From assembly GCA_003427395.1 (NCBI GenBank), contig BFEA01000018.1, positions 5,434,290 to 5,498,289 on the forward strand: DNA of 64,000 nt. The letters run 5' to 3'. A model generated the notes under the pieces. It did not search any database. It was not told the origin of the DNA and was given only the letters and a program-made list of their open reading frames with translations. Each line of letters opens with the position of its first letter. Within the stretch, counting starts at the first letter, position 1. The position numbers were made by a program, and so were the translations under genes. Of the stretch, positions 62,106 through 64,000 are shown in pieces. The DNA is from Chara braunii (taxonomy: Eukaryota; Plantae; Charophyceae).

Positions 62106-64000
62106 AGGGAGCCCGGCGACCACAGCTTTTTGCTTGGCATTTCGGCCGTCTGTTGGGCTGCGCAGTTCGGGAGAACCGATGTGATGTCAACATCGGTTGG
62201 AGGGAACAAACAGCGAGGTGAAGGAAGGCAGGCGGCAACGGGCAAGGCGAAGAGAGTGAACCCGGGCGTAAAGCAGAGCCCGGTGCATGCGGCGTATGGG
62301 AAACGAGGTTGGGTGAGGTAAGGAGAAGGCTGGCAGTGAGTGGCGAGCGCTGGCACGACAAGGTGGAGAAGCGGCGCTGGTCGGAGAGTCGGGCAACAGT
62401 GAAGGGGAGGGGATTCGACTGAACCCGGACGGGTTCGCGCGTTGGATACATGCGACGGGGGAGAGGAGGGAAAGTATCTATCCCACCCGTTTCTCGATGA
62501 AAACGGGTGGGAGAAAGGTCTATCCCAGCGTTTTGGAATAGGGCGAGGTCGATAGTGTGGTTAGTTTTAGTGTTAGACTAGTAGGCCGGGAGGTTAGTGA
62601 GAAGTAAGCTCCGCAGAGCTATGGCGGAGAGGGAGGAAGACGGGTTAGTAGAAAGGAGATGCGACGGGCAGACCGACTGGCAGCGAAGTCACGGTGTTGT
62701 AGGGCGGTAGAGCGGGGGCGCCGAAGCAGCGGGCGGTGGAACGCGAGGCAGCAGCGGTGAAAGCCGGGGGGGGGAAGATGGTAGCCGGAGTAAACCTGCG
62801 TGCGTTTCTGCGCCGGGTTCATTCGGAAGAAGCGGCAATGGTCGGTGATGAGCTAGGCGCAGCAGAGAATAGTAAAGCCCGCCCGATCCTGGACGAAAAT
62901 GGGCGGGAGGAGTTTCGGAACCGGGGTTTTGGGGCCGGGCGAATTGCATGGCGAGGTTAGATTCGATGCTAGAGTAGTAGGAGTGTAGTTTGTAGGAAAG
63001 GATGGTGCGCGGGATATGGCGGGAGTGAGGGAGTAAAGGAGGATGAAATCTTCTATTCCGCCCGATTCTTGACGAAATCGGACGGAAGGAGATGCGATCC
63101 CGGGGTTTTTTCCCCGGGCGAAACGGATAGTGTGGTCAGTTTTGAGGTTAGTAGAGCAAGATTAGAGATAGATGAGAAAGACACTGCGTCGGGGTTATGG
63201 TGGGAACGGAGGAGGAAGAAGATGGGAGAACGTATAATTCGCTCGTTTCCCTACGGAATCGAGCGAGGGAGGACCAAAACCGGGGGTTTTCGGCCTAGGC
63301 GACCCTGATCCTATCATCAAAAATAGTTAAAGGTTAGTAGAATTGAAGTTAGTAGGACGAAAATCTGTGTGGGCTATGGTGGGGAGTTACGGAAAGGGGA
63401 AGCGGGATTTCATGCTCGATCCCGATTGGATTCGAAAAAAAAGGGAGATGTTAGACAGGGGTTTGGGACGCAGCGAGCACGATACCGAGGTTGACTCTTA
63501 CTTTAGACGGTTGATTTGGCGAGGGTATGTGTTAGTAAGCTACGTAGGGGGCACGAGGATAGTAGTGAGCAAATGGCGAGCTCGTGCATGTATCTTCCCG
63601 TACCGTGAGGGGAGATTCACTTTTTGGGCCAACTCAGAATGTAGCGGGTAGTGCCGAAGCCCGAAAGAAACGAAGGGGGGGCTAGTGAGATGGCGGAGTC
63701 GGACTCGGTCGTGAAGTGACGATTTCAGTGTTGCGACGTGTAGGGGTTGCGTGGTAACAACGAAGTTTCTTTTGCTTGTAATATGGCTATGTATCTTCTC
63801 ACGCTGTAGGGGAAGATTCATTCATGTTGCTCACTACAGTAGCGGGGGAGGTGGGCAGCTAACCACGAGGCTGGGGACTTACCTGTCGCCAGCGCATTGC
63901 TCGTCCTATTAACGGGGGTAGCCCCCTCCGGCTTCTACCAGTAAGGGCGAGCTGGCTATGTTGTAGAAACTAGGATCAAGCTTACCTGTTGGATGTACGC

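Larger units (their letters stand above)
60300..62110. repeat. U6-associated repeat, copy 3 (reversed, divergent, GC-rich)
   Basis: Reverse complements of family motifs occur at 60322-60348 (GACGGGTTTCCCACCACGCACCCTTGG), 60715-60752 (ATACCCTTG hairpin) and ~61695-61705 (CCACTGGGCTAAGC), followed by the U6 copies. Confidence 0.55.

Overview
Repeat-saturated eukaryotic scaffold segment with six N-gaps and one untrimmed Nextera mate-pair adapter. The plant-type U6 sequence suggests a green plant or streptophyte alga (inference). No intact host protein-coding gene is recognisable. Contents: three degenerate L1/Tx1-clade LINEs plus several isolated LINE 3' tails that share one conserved structured module; several non-autonomous DNA transposons with TIRs and TSDs (three with 8-bp TSDs and unusual CT...AG termini, one Tourist-like); tandem PIF/Harbinger transposase fragments attached to TG...CA LTR-like repeats; tRNA-like SINE heads; and many micro- and minisatellites. 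The most interesting signal is a dispersed, non-coding, hairpin-chain repeat family. It has at least three diverged copies (30.8-31.7 kb; 36.1-36.4 plus 42.8-43.5 kb, split by a LINE; 60.3-62.1 kb, reversed). Each copy carries U6 snRNA-derived sequence at the same relative position and orientation, and stems covary between copies. It is a candidate U6-carrying or U6-targeting mobile element. All alignments were made by eye.
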